DNA of 64,000 nucleotides, taken from assembly GCA_016748015.1 (NCBI GenBank), contig JAAOMT010000529.1, forward strand, positions 128,848 through 192,847, given 5' to 3'. This document shows, one piece after another, positions 1 through 14,303 of this stretch. This stretch comes from Geosiphon pyriformis uo1 (lineage: Eukaryota; Fungi; Glomeromycota). Both the position numbers and the translations under genes were made by a program. Positions within the stretch are counted from its first letter, which is position 1. Every line of letters begins with the position of its first letter. The notes under the pieces are model-generated. The model saw nothing but the letters and a program-made list of their open reading frames with translations. It ran no database searches and was not told the origin of the DNA.

Positions 1-900
1 TTTAGAGTAATATTCAATCAATTTTTTTCTTGTTGTTTTAACTGCTACAACAAATAATAGATCTAATATTAAATATGTTAAATAAATAACTAAATAAATA
101 CAATTAAGATTATAATACTTTACCAAATTTATTATTATTAACCATGTCTTTGACATGATTAAAAATGATATTAAAGAGGAAAATAATCAAAAAGACAGTA
201 TTATTTAAAGTGATTAATATTTTGACCATAATATTCTTAAATAGTTCAAAAAATTTAGCAATTTTATCAAAAACAGTCCACTGATCATGTAAAATAGCAT
301 ATTAATGGAGATTATTGTAAGTACTAGTAAGGGTGTTTAATGTTTATAAATTTACAGTTAGAATTTTTGTATTCAAAATATATAGAATCAGAAATAAATA
401 ATTTGCTAATTTAAGAGATAATTTATTTTTAACTATATCATAAATAGAATTCTATTAGATAGAATAATTCAGAATAAGTTTACAGTATTTAATTAACATG
501 TATTACAGACATATTCAAAGAGCTCAAAACATTAGAATGAGATATGGATTGCAAAATTAAGTTTTCTAATCTTTAATTTATACAAAGTTTACATTAGAAA
601 AATTTCAGATAAATATATTCAGTTTGGGTTTTTAACAAATACCTTGAAAACATTATTCCTTATTTCATCTAAAACTACCTGCATTGCCAAGTTTAGAATA
701 TAATTAAAGCATCAAAATTAAAAGTTTTCTAAGTTTTATTGAATGTTTTTCTTTTCTAATTTTCTCACTAATTCTTTTATAAAAGTATTATTATTTGTAA
801 TATTATTAAGATTAATAGCAAGAAGCTGTTGAAAAAAAATTAGGTTATAACTAATAAAATTAATGGTAAATTCATATAAAAAAGATGTGTATATAACTCT
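1..900 (+). mobile_element. Highly decayed repeat, possibly a hAT-like transposase remnant
   Basis: Frame from 41 reads TATTNNRSNIK, which would be hAT-like TTDNGSN after G>A changes; later LAIFIKNSP-like. Many stops, so weak support. Confidence 0.25.
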
Positions 901-931
901 TTTTTAAACTTTTTGGCTGAAAATTTGGCTT

Positions 932-1142
932 GAGACAATAATAAAAACCACTTAAACTAATATTAAAAAAATACAGTTTTCGATGATATAAGCACTATAA
1001 TAACTTTGAGTTTCAGATAATACTAATACTAAAAATTCAGTTCTGGAGCAATAATAAAAACTAACTTAAGTCAATATTAAGAAAACATAATTTTTAATAA
1101 TATAGACATTATAATAACTTTAAGTCTTAGATGATACTAATA
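932..1142 (+). repeat. Diverged tandem duplication, ~115-bp period, 2 copies
   Basis: 932-1028 (gagacaataataaaaacc...gataatactaata) aligns with 1047-1142 (gagcaataataaaaact...gatgatactaata); mismatches are mostly transitions. Confidence 0.7.
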
Positions 1143-1176
1143 TACTGCATAATATGTTAATCTTATTAATGGCCAT

Positions 1177-2153
1177 TGTTACCGGAGGTTTTTAGTCTCT
1201 TTTCTTGAATATTGTTAATGTTTGTCTGTTGCTAATTTCACGTTTTCTGGAAGCAGTTGAATCTCCAATAACTGAATTTATCTTCAAATTATCTCCTATA
1301 ATTTGAACTGCTGGGCTTATAAGTGGAATGGCCAATTCCTTGCCAGTTACTTTATGTAGTTATGTTGTAGTAAACGTCAACTCTTTCCCAGGAATTGCTT
1401 GTCTGGAAGCTCACTAAAAATGTGTAGTTACTTTGCTGTGAAAGTCAACTCTTCTACAGGAATCTTGTCTGTAGGCTACCCTAATGATTTTAATAAGAAA
1501 AGAAAAAAAAATAAAATAAAAGAAATGTAAAAGAAAATAGAATTTTGTCAAGGGAAACGTTTTCTATCCAGGCCTGGAGTCACTAACAGATTACTGAAAT
1601 TGGTAGCTAATCAATTTCGAAATGTTAGTTGTGTTGAGGGAATTTCAAGTGCAATAATCAAAGGATTTGGTTTTCAAATATTTAATTTTTATTTGAATGT
1701 GTAAAAGGTGATTTGTTCCAATTAAGATATCTAAAGTAAAGTACTATGATAAGATACTATGAGAAGATACATTTTCTTGAAGAGAGAAGCTCTTCTTTTA
1801 TACAACTTGTTGTAGTACTAGTCTTTGAACTTGCACTTTTCTCTTTGCTACAATTTGGGTGAACTAAAGATACATTTTGGCGAACTACAAGTTATTTCAC
1901 TGAACTATTGATTATTTCGGCCAATTTTCATTAATTTCGGCGAATTTTGACTATGTTAAATGGTTCAGAGTATTGTGTAATTTGATCATCTTAATTTCTA
2001 TAGTACAAATCGGATTATTGATTGAGTAATGATATTTGATAATTTGATTAAATAATAAGTGATAATCGAAATAATAATAATATATGCTAATTAATAATAG
2101 GAATTATGAGGGTAATTTCATGCTAATTAATAGCTAAAATTCTACTGGTAACA
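1177..2153 (-). mobile_element. Solo LTR, gypsy family A (977 bp)
   Basis: TGTTACC...GGTAACA termini; perfect 4-bp TSD CCAT at 1173-1176 and 2154-2157; colinear with LTRs at 52288, 61109 and 62895. Strand assigned from the complete element. Confidence 0.95.
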
Positions 2154-3197
2154 CCATTAATTAATCTAAATTCATGTAAAAATATACATACATACTTTTA
2201 ATGTAATTCTATAATCTTTTAATACTTTAAAAAATCTATATGCAATATTTATTCTATTATGTTGTCTATTTATTTATCCAAAATCAATTATTGTTTGTTG
2301 AAGATTCCAATTGTTATTGATATAATAAATAATAATAGAAACAAAGACTTTATTATTAAGAGATGTTCATAAAGAAAATTTTGAACTTGATAGTATATTA
2401 GTATACTTATTATATTATAAGTATGGGTAAAAAAAAAAGATATTTCATAATAAAAGTAGTACTTATTTTTAATTTTTGTCTATTCAAGACATAGAGTTCT
2501 ATAATTTTATTTTTAATTGCATTAATACAAACAGATTGAAAAGTGGGATTTAAATACAGAGTTTTTTATTATAAGAAATAATCATTAATAGTTAATAAGT
2601 CAAATAATAATTATATTACAAAGTTTTTTATTATTAACATCAATAACAGTTACTACAGAAGGCTAAAGCAGTTTTTTAGTTAAATTGGCCAAAAATTATA
2701 AAAAAAATAGCAATTTTACTTATTAAAACATTTTTTCAATTAATTTGTAATCTTTCTGAACATTTTGCTTTTTCTTATAATATTCTTTTATTATAACATA
2801 TATTGTCTAGTAGAAAGCCTCTAAATAGCACCATAAAAATTTGGTAATACTTGTAGTTTTATAAGAAAATAGTTTATATATATATTTTAAGATTATACAT
2901 TTAACTATTTTTTTTTATCTACTTAAACTTATTAAAATAGTTTTATATTTTACTCTGAAAATTATGTTTACCAAAAATATTAATATTTGAACTATTTGGG
3001 TTATTAAATTTTGTTATTTTAAATTTTAAATTTTCAGTAATATTAGATAATATCAACAATAAATTCATTTTGATAAGTTGAAAAGTAAAGTTGTTATACA
3101 TGTATAGTTTTATATATATTTTTAATTTATTATAATAATTAAATAAAGTAATAATTGATGAGCAAGTAATACAAGTTATATCTTTTTTTAATTTCAT

Positions 3198-4070
3198 CAA
3201 ACTTGAACTAAACTCAAACTTGTCAAAAAAGTTTAATACTAAACTTGAACTAAACCTACTTTGAAAAATTGGTTTAGTTTAAGTTTAATTTGTTATTCAA
3301 ATTGAACTTAAACAACACTCAAAGTTCAGTTTAGTTTGGTTTGATTGAAACTTCAAATCTGAACATGTTCATAAACTTTAAATTAAACTTGAACTAAATT
3401 TGTTGTATGTGTTTAAGTTTGGTTCAAGTTTAATAATTTTAAGTCTAGTTTAAGTTTGAATTTAAAATTTTATCATATTTTTTGTTTAAGTTTGGTTTAA
3501 TTCAGTGGTTTAATTGAATTTGAACCAAACTAAACTAAATATTAGAACTTTATTACTTATAATAATTGTATTTTTTTCTTTTCTTTCTGTTTAATTTTTT
3601 TATTAATTCAAAATGTTTTTATACTTAGCTTTATATTTTTTTATTTAAATCTAATATGCTAATTATGTTTTTTTTGTTTATCTAACTTATTTACTTTTTT
3701 ATCAAGATTTGACCTCTTAAAAGTTGTTTTTATTACACTAAAAGTTAAAAAGCAAAAAATTTCTATAATAAGCAATTTTTTTTATTGTTATATGTTTTTT
3801 TTAATCCAAAAAAAATTACCAAGTTATAATTATAATTTATTTTTTATATTGTTATGTAAATATAATGCATGATTTATTTTCATACTTATTATATTGTTAC
3901 ATAAATGTAATTACCAAATTTTTAATTTGGTTTTAGTTTGATTTTATATAAAACCAAAACCAAAAAAAACTGAATCAAAATTTTAGTTCAGTTTGTTTTA
4001 AAAATCAAATTGAAATTAACAAATTAAATTATAGTTTGGTTTTGTTTTAACCAAATCATTTGAAACATTA
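3198..4070. repeat. Arrays of short inverted-orientation motifs (TTGAACTAAAC / GTTTAGTTCAA), probable decayed non-autonomous DNA-transposon subterminal repeats
   Basis: Dense alternating-orientation 5-6-mers at 3198-3550 and ~3925-4070, consistent with decayed CGAAC/GTTCG units. Termini not identified. Confidence 0.45.
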
Positions 4071-4225
4071 AGTTCAAATATTATGCTGTATATTATTTTA
4101 AATAAGAGCTTTGTGTTTAGAAATTTGTATTTAAAAACTTTTGTGGTATTTAAAAATATAAAAATTGCTATTAATAAAATTGTAAATTTTAAAAATGACT
4201 TATTATAATAAAATTTGATTAGTGT

Positions 4226-7200
4226 TATTACTAGATATTTTTGGTCTCTCTTTTTAAATGTTATTATTATTACTTTGTTGTTAATTTCCAATTATTAAAA
4301 GTTAGTAAACTTTCAATAACTAAATTTATTTTTAAATTATTTTCTATAATTTAAATAGTTGAGCTTATAAATAGAATGGCCAATTTTATGCCAGTTATTT
4401 TACAGTAAAATTCAACTCTTTTTTAAGTAATACTTGTCTAAAAAATTACTAAAATTGTGTACTTTGCTGTAAAAGTCAATTCTTCTGCAAAAATTTCATT
4501 TATAGATTATTTTAATAATTATAATAAGAAAAAAAATAAAAATAAAAGAACTGTAAAAAAAAAATTTCGTTTAAAAAAATTGTTTTTTGTTTAGGCTTAA
4601 AGTTATTAACAAATTATTAAAATTAATAGCTAATTAATTTTAAAACATTAGTTGAGATTTAGAAAATTTCAAGTAAAAAATACTTAATAATTATTGTTGT
4701 TTTTAATGTACTTTTATTGGAGTAATTTGTATAGATACTAAAGAAGATATTTCCAATAAAAATAATTTTAGCTAAGATATATTTTCTCGAAAAGAGAAGC
4801 TTTTTTTTATATAATTTGTTGTAATACTAGTTTATAAACTTGTACTTTTTTTTTGCTATTATTTCACTGTATTATTAATATATTTTGGCAAACTACAAAT
4901 TATTTCTATAAACTATTAAGTCTTTTGGTAAACTATTAATTATTTCTACAAATTTTAGCAAATTTTTAAATATTATATAATTCAAGATATTGTGTAATTT
5001 AATTATTATAATTTGTGTATTGTATAAATTAGATTATTAATTAAATAGTAATTTGTACAATTTGATAAGATAATAAGTAATAAATTAAAATAATAATATA
5101 TATTAATTAATAATAAAAATTATAAAAATAATTTTATGCTAAATTATGTTTTAAATTTCTATTGGTAATATAATTTTCTTCTTAAAACTAAGCTTTATTA
5201 AAGTCTAAGTATTATCTGTAATATCTAAATAATAATCCAGTATTATTGAAATAATTTGGTCTGAAAATTGTTGAATTTTTAATTTTGTGAACTTGCTAAT
5301 ATATTGTATTTTTATTGGTTAGAGTATTAGATTTTGTAGAATGTTTTTGCAAATATTAAATAAATTATGAAATTTAAAAGCTGCTTTGAGTTTTTAGTAT
5401 GTATTTATTGGTCTAATTGTCAACTTAAATTTATAATATATTTGTTTTTATATGGCTTTAAAAATAAAATTGGTTATTTTGAGTTTCAGTTTTTATTAAT
5501 ACAGTGTTTTTTCAATTTAAAAGTATTAATAAATAAGATTATATTTACTGTTTTTATTAAAATACTATTAAAGTTTTTGTTGTATTATAATATCTAGAGA
5601 AATATTAATAAAAGTGAATAATAAGTTTTTTTTTAAAACTTACTTCAAAAGTTTTGATAAGTAACTTTTAGAATAACTTTTTGTGTTTCTTCTATAAGAG
5701 TAATAATTTTAAGAATTATTTACTATTAAAGTTGTAGTTTTTTTTTAAATATAATTAATTTAACTTTTATTAATTATTATAAATAAGTTAAAAATTGTTT
5801 TAAAGCTAACATTAATTTTTGGAATATTTGTTGAATGTTTTAGAGAATAATTATTATAATTTATAAAAAATATTAAATTTTAAAGAATATTTTCTAAATT
5901 AATTAAAGAAAAATATATACTAATTTGTGAAATTAATAATTTTGAATTGGTTCTAAAATGATAATATTTTAATTAATCTTTATATATAATTTTTGCTAGT
6001 ATTTTGCCATCAAGTTTTAATTTATAGGATCTATTTTTTAAGACTTTATAAATATAAAATAGTCTATCTTATTTGTAATTGAATTTTTTATTTTACTGTT
6101 TTTTAGTATTAATTCTGTGTAAAAAAAACTTTATTTTCAATTTTAAATTTGTTGGTAATAGATAACAATTTATTATTATGCTATTTTTTTTGTTGTGCTT
6201 AAAAGTTTTTAATATAAGTGGCTGTAATTTGTTATTTTCTTTTCAGTATGCTAAAAAAAGTGTAAATTCTTTATTAAAGTGTTTTTGGAAGTTTTTTTCT
6301 GTAATTGATTATATTGAATATATTTTTACAGTATAATTTATAGTATTTTGTTGTTTTTTTGTATATCAAATTAAATAGTATGTGTTTTTTTGTATCTTAT
6401 TTTAGTATTTTATATGTTAATAATATTAATAGAATAAAAATATTCTATTTTTGTTTAAAATTAGTTAAAACTTTGGTTAATAATTTACATAAGATTTGGT
6501 TGAATTATTTTATTAGTCTATTTATTTGTAAATAATATAATAATAATAACAGTATTACTTATAAAAAGTAAGAATTATAATAGATAGAAAATAGCCAATA
6601 GGAAATCAATATAGTAAAAAAACATTTCAAAATTTCTCTCAAGGAATTATAAGATTTCAGAATTTCAGAATTTTTCTTAAAGAATTAAAAAATTTCAAGA
6701 AATCTTATATAATAAGAAATATGTATATATAGCAATAGTATTAAAAACAAAAAAAAGTAGTTAATTAAATTTAAACAAGTTTCAATCAACAAGTAATTAA
6801 AATACTTTTTTTTTAAAAAGTTAATTTTTTATATCTTGAAATGAAATTATCTCATATCAAATAAAATTATTATTTATTTTCTAATTCATGTTTATTTATG
6901 TTATTGGATTAACATTACTACTTTTCAACTCAATTAGCGACTTATGCTGATAATATCTACTATTTAACTATATTAAAATAATAGCTCTTGTTTACAGCTA
7001 TTAATAAAATACTAATTTCTTATTTTTTTTCTTATTTTTTTATTTTTTTTTATTTTTTTTATTTTTATTTTCTTGTTGTTTACTAATTGATTAAAAAATT
7101 AAATATTAAAATATTAATATCAAGAATAACTTGGTAAAAAACTCATAAAACAAGAATAATAAACTCAGAAAAGAAAATAGCTTATTAAAAAAACATAACT

Positions 7201-10200
7201 GTTAAATTAAACCAACCACTATGCTAAAGATAAAAATTAAAAAGAAACTATCAATTAAATCTTTGTCTATTATACAAAAAACTCAACCAAACTTTTTAAA
7301 TCATAAAAGCCTTTAAAAATTAATATTATCAACAATTATTAAGCATTAAGTTATGGATTTTTTATTTGTTTTAACACATTAAATAATTGCTTGTAACAGC
7401 AATCATTTAATATTGAATTATTTACAAATTTTTTGTATTAAGTTGTCTATAAAATGTGTTTTTTAATTAGATAAAAGTTTAATTGAACATCTATATCTGC
7501 AAATAATGTTTTTATAGATGAAATTTGCTACTAATTTTGCATCTGTTTTTTGAATAACTTTGATTTCGGACCATTTGATAAGATAATTTATTATGATTAC
7601 AATATAATGGTTTTTTTGAGTTGTAATAAATATTAATTCAACTAAATAAATTTTTATTTTGTTAAAAAATTGTCTACTTTGATTGAATTTAAAAGTTTAA
7701 TAGAACAAGTTTCTTTTTTTTTTTGACAACTATTACAAGATTTTACATACTATTAAATGTTTTTTTGCATATAAAGCCAAAAATATTGTTTTAATTGGTA
7801 TTGTAATTAGTGTTTTTTACTTAAAAACCAATTTTTAACATGGTAAAAGTTTTTAAATAATTTTTGATGTTGTTAATTATTTTTTTAAATAGTGATAAAA
7901 TTAATATTAGTGTTAATTTTGTCTTATTTTTAAAAGTCTGTTTATATTTGTATGTAATTTTCTAGATTTGTAATAAATAATATATTTATAATTAGCTAAG
8001 AAATTAATTTATTAAGATTGTTTCACATTAAGTTTTGAATTTTTTTGTTAAGTTATTTAAGACTAATATTATTATTATTAATATTGACTTTTTTTTCTTC
8101 TTATAAATATTGTTAAAAGTGTTTAAATTCTTAGATAATAATAGTTGTTTTCAATTTAGTAGAATTATATTTGATTTTTATTAATTTAAAAGTTCTATTA
8201 GTATAAACAATAATTTACTTATTGCTATTATTATCCAATTGTAATAAAATGGTATCAAAAATAGTGTATGAAGCACTAGTAATTAACTAGAACTATTTAT
8301 TAAAATCTAAATAGGCAAAAATTGAGACAGTTATTAATTTTTTTTTAAAATATTAAATGTCTTTTGTTGAACTAAAGTCTATTGGTATTTTATATTTTTA
8401 TTGGTTAAATAGTTAAAAAATTAGGCTATTTTAGAAAATTTTTTGATAAATTTCCAATAATAAGAGACTAATTCAGTAAATTCTCTTAATTTTAAAGTTT
8501 TATATGGTATTAAATTTTTTTAAATTGAATTTAACTCTATCTTTGCTAATTACATGGCCAAAAAAGACCAAACTTGTTTTTTTAAAGTATTATTTGATAA
8601 TATTTAGTTTTAATTTTGTTTTTTATAATCATTAAAAAACTTCTCACAAATAAATCAAATAAGCTTCAAAAATTAGAAAATATATATTAATGTTATTGAA
8701 ATAGATAATTACTAATTGCTATAAAAATTCTTTATACAATATCTATAAGTCTTTAAAATATTATTAATGTATTATAAAGTCCAAAAAACATTATATTAAA
8801 CTTATAATTTTTTTTTTGAATAATAAAGACTGTTTTAAGTAGTTTTTTAAATCTATTTTAATTTGTTAATATTTACTTTCTAAGTTTAAAGTTGAAAAAA
8901 ACTTGGCTTTTCTTAAAACATTTAGCATATTCATTTTAAATAAAAAATATGTATTTTTAATTATGACACTATTTAATTATTAATAATTGACACAATATTA
9001 AATTTTCTTATTTTTTTTTAATTAAGACTATTGGTAAGACCCAAAAGCTTTTTAATAGTTAAATAAGACTATTATTAAGCATTTGTTAAACTTTTTCTTT
9101 AATAAATTGGTAACTAGCAAGTAAAATTCAATATGCTTATTGCTATTTTGGTAAAGTGTCTTTATATAAATTTGATGTTAAATAATATTGGTTTTTTTTA
9201 GATTATTATTGTTTTTAACAAAAATATTAACATATTCAAAGATAAATTGCTTAAGTTGTTTTTGTTATATTGGTTTTAGTAGACTTATGTTAATTTGTGA
9301 TAGTTTTTTTCAATAAAGTAGTAATTTTTAGTAGTAGAAATAATGATTAAATTGAAAAAAAAAATGTTTCACAATTTTCATAAAATTAGAAACAATTTAA
9401 AAAGTTTTATTTTGAAAGATATTATTATGTATAATTTCGATTTCTAAATTATTTAATAAAACAATAAAATAATTATTAAAATTGTAAAATATAACTTAGA
9501 ACTTTTTTATTCTCTTAGGAATATAAACATTTAGGATTACAATTTCATGTTTTGTGCAAATCTGTTTATTTGATTCAAAAATTTGTTGTATAATAATAGG
9601 TTTTAAGCAAATGTAAATTTTGTAATATTTTTCAAAAAGTAAAATAGTAATTAGCTATAAGAATCAAAAAATTTGATAAGATTTATTCTGTATATTAAGA
9701 ATTATATTTATTGGAATTATAAATTATTCAATAGAACTAAAATCTTAAGTTTTTCTGTTATTTTTGCCTAATTGTTCTCTTTAATTGACTAATTGCAAAC
9801 CAAAATATTGATTAAAAGTAAATAGATAACTTGAACAATTTTTTTGACATGCTTAATTTTAAATAGTTTATTAGTTTTATTTTGTAACATAATTATAATA
9901 TTTTTTGTATATTCTGTATCAATAATTTTTTTTTAATATTGATTTCTTTGCTGGCCAAAAATAATCAAAAAACAATTTAAAATCATTGCTTCTAATGAAA
10001 TTTTAAGAGCAATTTTAAGATTAATCTTGGTTAAAAATTTTGGTTAAAGAACCAAAATATTTTTTCTTAAATATTATAAATTATATATTAGCATTAATAT
10101 TATAAGTTTTTCTGGCTTAATTTTTTAACTATTGTTATAAAAATATTTTAATTACAATATTGATTAATTTTTAATTAAGTAAATTAGTATTGTTGATAGT

Positions 10201-13200
10201 TTTTTTTCTAATTCAGGTTTTCCAAATTTGATTTTGTATTTATTGTTTTTAATAAATAATAGTATATTAAGAACATAATATTCTAAACACTATTAGTTAT
10301 TACATAACATAACATATTTTTATATAGTTGGATGTTTATTTGTTTTAATCATTAAATTTGGGTTTTTTATAAAAAATACACATGGCTAAAAGTTAAGTAA
10401 TAAAGTTTTATTTTATCTTTGTAGTTAATTTTAGCTAATTATATTGTGTATTTAATGTATTTTGCTTCTTTTATTTGGCAAACATTTTCTTAAATGGCTC
10501 TATTAATTAAAACTATAGCAAAATTATAGATTATTTTAGTATTGTATAGATAATAGTAAAATTTGTTAAAAGCACTATTATATGTTGTATCAAAAAGAGT
10601 TTTTCTTTTTACTTTTTTTAAAATTAACAAAGCATATTAACAAGTTTAATTGCAAACTTTTTCTCTTATTACAACATTAATTTAATTGTATTTCTCTAGA
10701 AGTAGTTTTCTATATATAAAACAAAATATATTATTCTATTATCTGTTTTATTTTGAACTGTTGAATCATTTTTGGCAATAGATCTTACAGTAATAATAGG
10801 TACAAGTTTTATATTCCTCTTTTAACAATATACAAACTTCTATAGATGAAAGTTTTTTGTTGCAATTTTTGTATTTGAGTAGAATATAAGATAGTTGCTT
10901 CTTTAATTTTGATTTTAAATATAAGACATAATAACTGTTAATTGGTTTAATTACAAAGATAAATTGTTAACTAATCTTTTAAACCTATAGTGTTGTTAGT
11001 TATAATATGGATGTTTTAAATAATTGCTTTGTTTCTTTAGCCAATTGAATATTAATTCAAAAGCCATATAAGTCTTAATAATTGGTTTTTTGTTTTTTTT
11101 TAAATTTGAACACTAGGGCTTTTTTGAATTGTTTGTTAAAAGTATTATAAGTAACAAGTACTCTAATATATTGTTTTTGGTATAAGATTTTTAATTTTTG
11201 GGTTTTTTAATCTAAATTTGTATTGGCTTTAAGAAGCCAATTGTTTTTAATTAAAGCTTGATATTAGAGTGCATCTATAATTAAGATTTTAACTGAAATA
11301 ATAATTTTATTAATTATGAAAAGAAAATTGTCAATTTTTTAATTGAAGTTTTTTTTATATCATTTGCTATAACAATAACTGTTTAAGCAAATCTATTAAC
11401 ATTTTTTTAAGCTATTGCATTAATTAATAAATAATAATACTTTTAGCAGATTTATTGTTTAAGATTAATTGACTTAATTTTTTTTTAATTTTTGCTTTAA
11501 TATATATAGCAGTAATTGTTTTTTGTTTTGTAATAACTGTATTACTAAACAAAAATAGTAATTTATTTGCTTTAAATTCGAATAAAAAAATATCTAAAAG
11601 ATTAGTATTTTTGACAAACTTAATTGGTAAAATAGTAGAATTTTTACTAAAAAAATTTTGTTTTATTGTTATAACTTTACCTTTAAAAAGTGTAGTTTGT
11701 TGAAAATTCAATTTTTTTGGTATTGTTAAATAACTAGTTGAGTGTTATAATATGTAAGTTTTTGTTGCAAATTGTTTCAAAGAACTAATTGATTGTTGGA
11801 ATTTATTCTGTTATTGTTTATTGAAAATCAGTTTTAAAGTAAAAATTAAGTTTGCTAAACCAATTTTCTGGCAAATACTTAATATTATTAAATAGATAGT
11901 AGTTATTAATATTATTGTAGAATTGGTTGCAAAACAAATTAGTAATAACTGTTCTAATTTTGTAATCTTTAAAAATAATAAACTGGTAATAAAAGTTGAT
12001 AATATAATTGTTGAAATTGAGAATAATATTAATTATTTTTTATTTATTAATCTTGTTATATTTTTTTACAATCTTATTTCTAATGTCTTAAAATTTTATA
12101 GTAATAACAGTTTTGAAGTTAATTATTAGATGATAATAAGTAATTGTTTTAATTGTGTTGTTAAAATAACTAGTATCTTTGTTGTTGCTATTGTTGTTGA
12201 TTGGTAAAATAGTTTTCGACTTTTTTGGTTAATTGGTTAATTTTTTTTTTTGTTATTGAACTGGTTTTTTCAATAGTTAGATTGACAAGTTTTGTGCAGT
12301 TGGTTTTTTTTATGGCTATTTTATAAATCTTAGTATATTAAATAACTCTGACCAAATCTTTTGAAGCATACAGATAAACTTTTTTAATGAGTTTGTTTTT
12401 AGTCCAACAATAAATTAATTTAAAATTTAAGTATTAAAGTAATAGTTATTGGTTTTTAATTGGCAAATTTGTCTAAAAAATTTGTTGAACTTTTTAAGAT
12501 AGGTTATAACAAATTTAAAAAATTTTTGTTTAATATTTCAAAATTAATTTTGAAGAATAATAGAAGTATTATTGTTAGTAAACTGTTTTAGAAAAGCATT
12601 TTCGAATGTTTATTAATTTTTGAATAATTTAGCTAAGTTTTTAAATTATTTTTCTGCTGTTTTTTAAAGAAAGTAAAGAATTGCTTTTAGCATTTTTGTT
12701 GTATTTTAACCATTTATATTTCCTATATTTAAGACTTTATTAAGTTATTTTTGAGAACTAATATTAGTATTTTTTTCTTTAAATTCTGAGATTTTTACAA
12801 TATATGCAGTTGTTATTTTTTATTTTTATTGGTTTTTTTCTTAGTAAATTCAGAAACATTTTTTTTGTTATCTAAGTTTTTGAAATAATTACTTTGGTTT
12901 TTAACTAAGTAGTTAAGAATATTAGCATTAATAAATATAAATTCTGATTTTTAAGTAAAGCTTTTAAATAAGATGAAATTTTCTGGTTTTAAGAAATAAA
13001 TAAATAAAAAATTTGGTGTTTGTGGCTATGTAAATAAAATAAAAAATAATATGATCAAAAATAATAATTTAATATTTGTTTTTTGTTTAGATATTTATAA
13101 GTATTTAACAGTTATTTTTAGTATATTGTGTATAATATAACTAATTTGTGAAGTTTTTTTTTGTTTCTTTTTGTTGCTATTTTTGCTTCTAATTTTAAGT

Positions 13201-14303
13201 CAAAAAAAATTTGAACTGTACTAAATATTTTTTTTATAGTACTAAATAATATTGAAATTGAGTTCTTAGAAGTAGATATTAAAAGTCTTACTATTACAAC
13301 TTTTGGTGCTTATACTAGAATAGTGTAACATATTTTTGTAAAAATTGTATTTAACTTTTAAAATATTGTAGTCTCTAAAAAAATAATTGTTGATGTGATT
13401 TTTAATGTATTAATAGAATGTTTTTTTAAAATTTTTATTTCTATCCTGGATATTGAATTTCTGTTTGCAATGTATATAAATTGATTGATAATACTCTAAA
13501 GTAGTTGTATCTGTTAAAATTACTACTTTAAAATTTGTTGTTATTATGTTATTTTTATAAAAAACACTAAATATTACTAGAAGTTTTTGGTCTTTTTTTC
13601 TAAGTAATGCTCTTTTGAAAGCTTACTAAAATTGTGTAGTTAATTTGTTGTAAAAGTTAATTCTTTTACAAAAATCTTATCTGTAAACTATTTTAATGAT
13701 TATAATAAAAAATAAAAAAACTATTAAAAAACTATATAAAAAATTTTATTTAAGGAAATCATTTTCTGTTCAAGTTTAGAATTACTAATGAATTACTGAA
13801 ATTGGTAGCTAATCAATTTCAAAACATTAGTTAAAATTTGGAAATTTTAAATAAGAAATATTTTATAATTATTGTTGTTTTTAATATATTTTTTATTAAA
13901 ATAATTTGTATAAATATTAAAAAAGATATTTTTAATAAAGATAATTTTAACTTAAATATATTTTCTCAAAAAAAAAAGCTTTTTTTTATATAACTTATTG
14001 TAATATTAGTCTATAAACTTATACTTTTTTTTGTTATTATTTTGCTATATTATTAATATGTTTTGGCAAATTACAAATTATTTTTACAAATTAAATTTTT
14101 GAATATTATATAATTTAAGATATTGTATAATCTAATTATTACAATTTATATATTGTATAAATTAGTTTATTAATTGAATAATAATTCAGATAATTTGATA
14201 AAATAATAAATAATAAATTAAAATAAATATATATACTAATTAATAATAGAAATTATAAAAAAAATTTTATACTAAATCATGTCTCAAATTTTTACTGGTA
14301 ATA
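4226..14303 (-). mobile_element. Old, heavily mutated full-length Ty3/gypsy element, family A
   Basis: LTRs at 4226-5170 and 13572-14303 (the latter has an internal deletion); TSD GTGT/GTAT; decayed PPT after 5170 and decayed PBS before 13572. The interior is colinear with the younger copy at 52288-62096 (e.g. 9541-9660 vs 57111-57230). No intact ORFs. Confidence 0.9.
6553..7398 (+). mobile_element. Solo LTR, gypsy family B, inserted in the integrase region of the old family-A element
   Basis: TATTACTTAT (decayed TGTTACTCAT) ... TGTAACA termini; flanks ACAG/GCAA derive from one 4-mer by G>A changes; homologous to 26398-27166. The host sequence rejoins in register with 54715-54750. Confidence 0.85.

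Noticed and set aside
2943-5597. Short I/K/N/F/L-rich ORFs here and at 11424-12129, 37379-38276 and 47803-48429
   Set aside because: Chance frames in AT-saturated TE relics, or antisense to TE genes.
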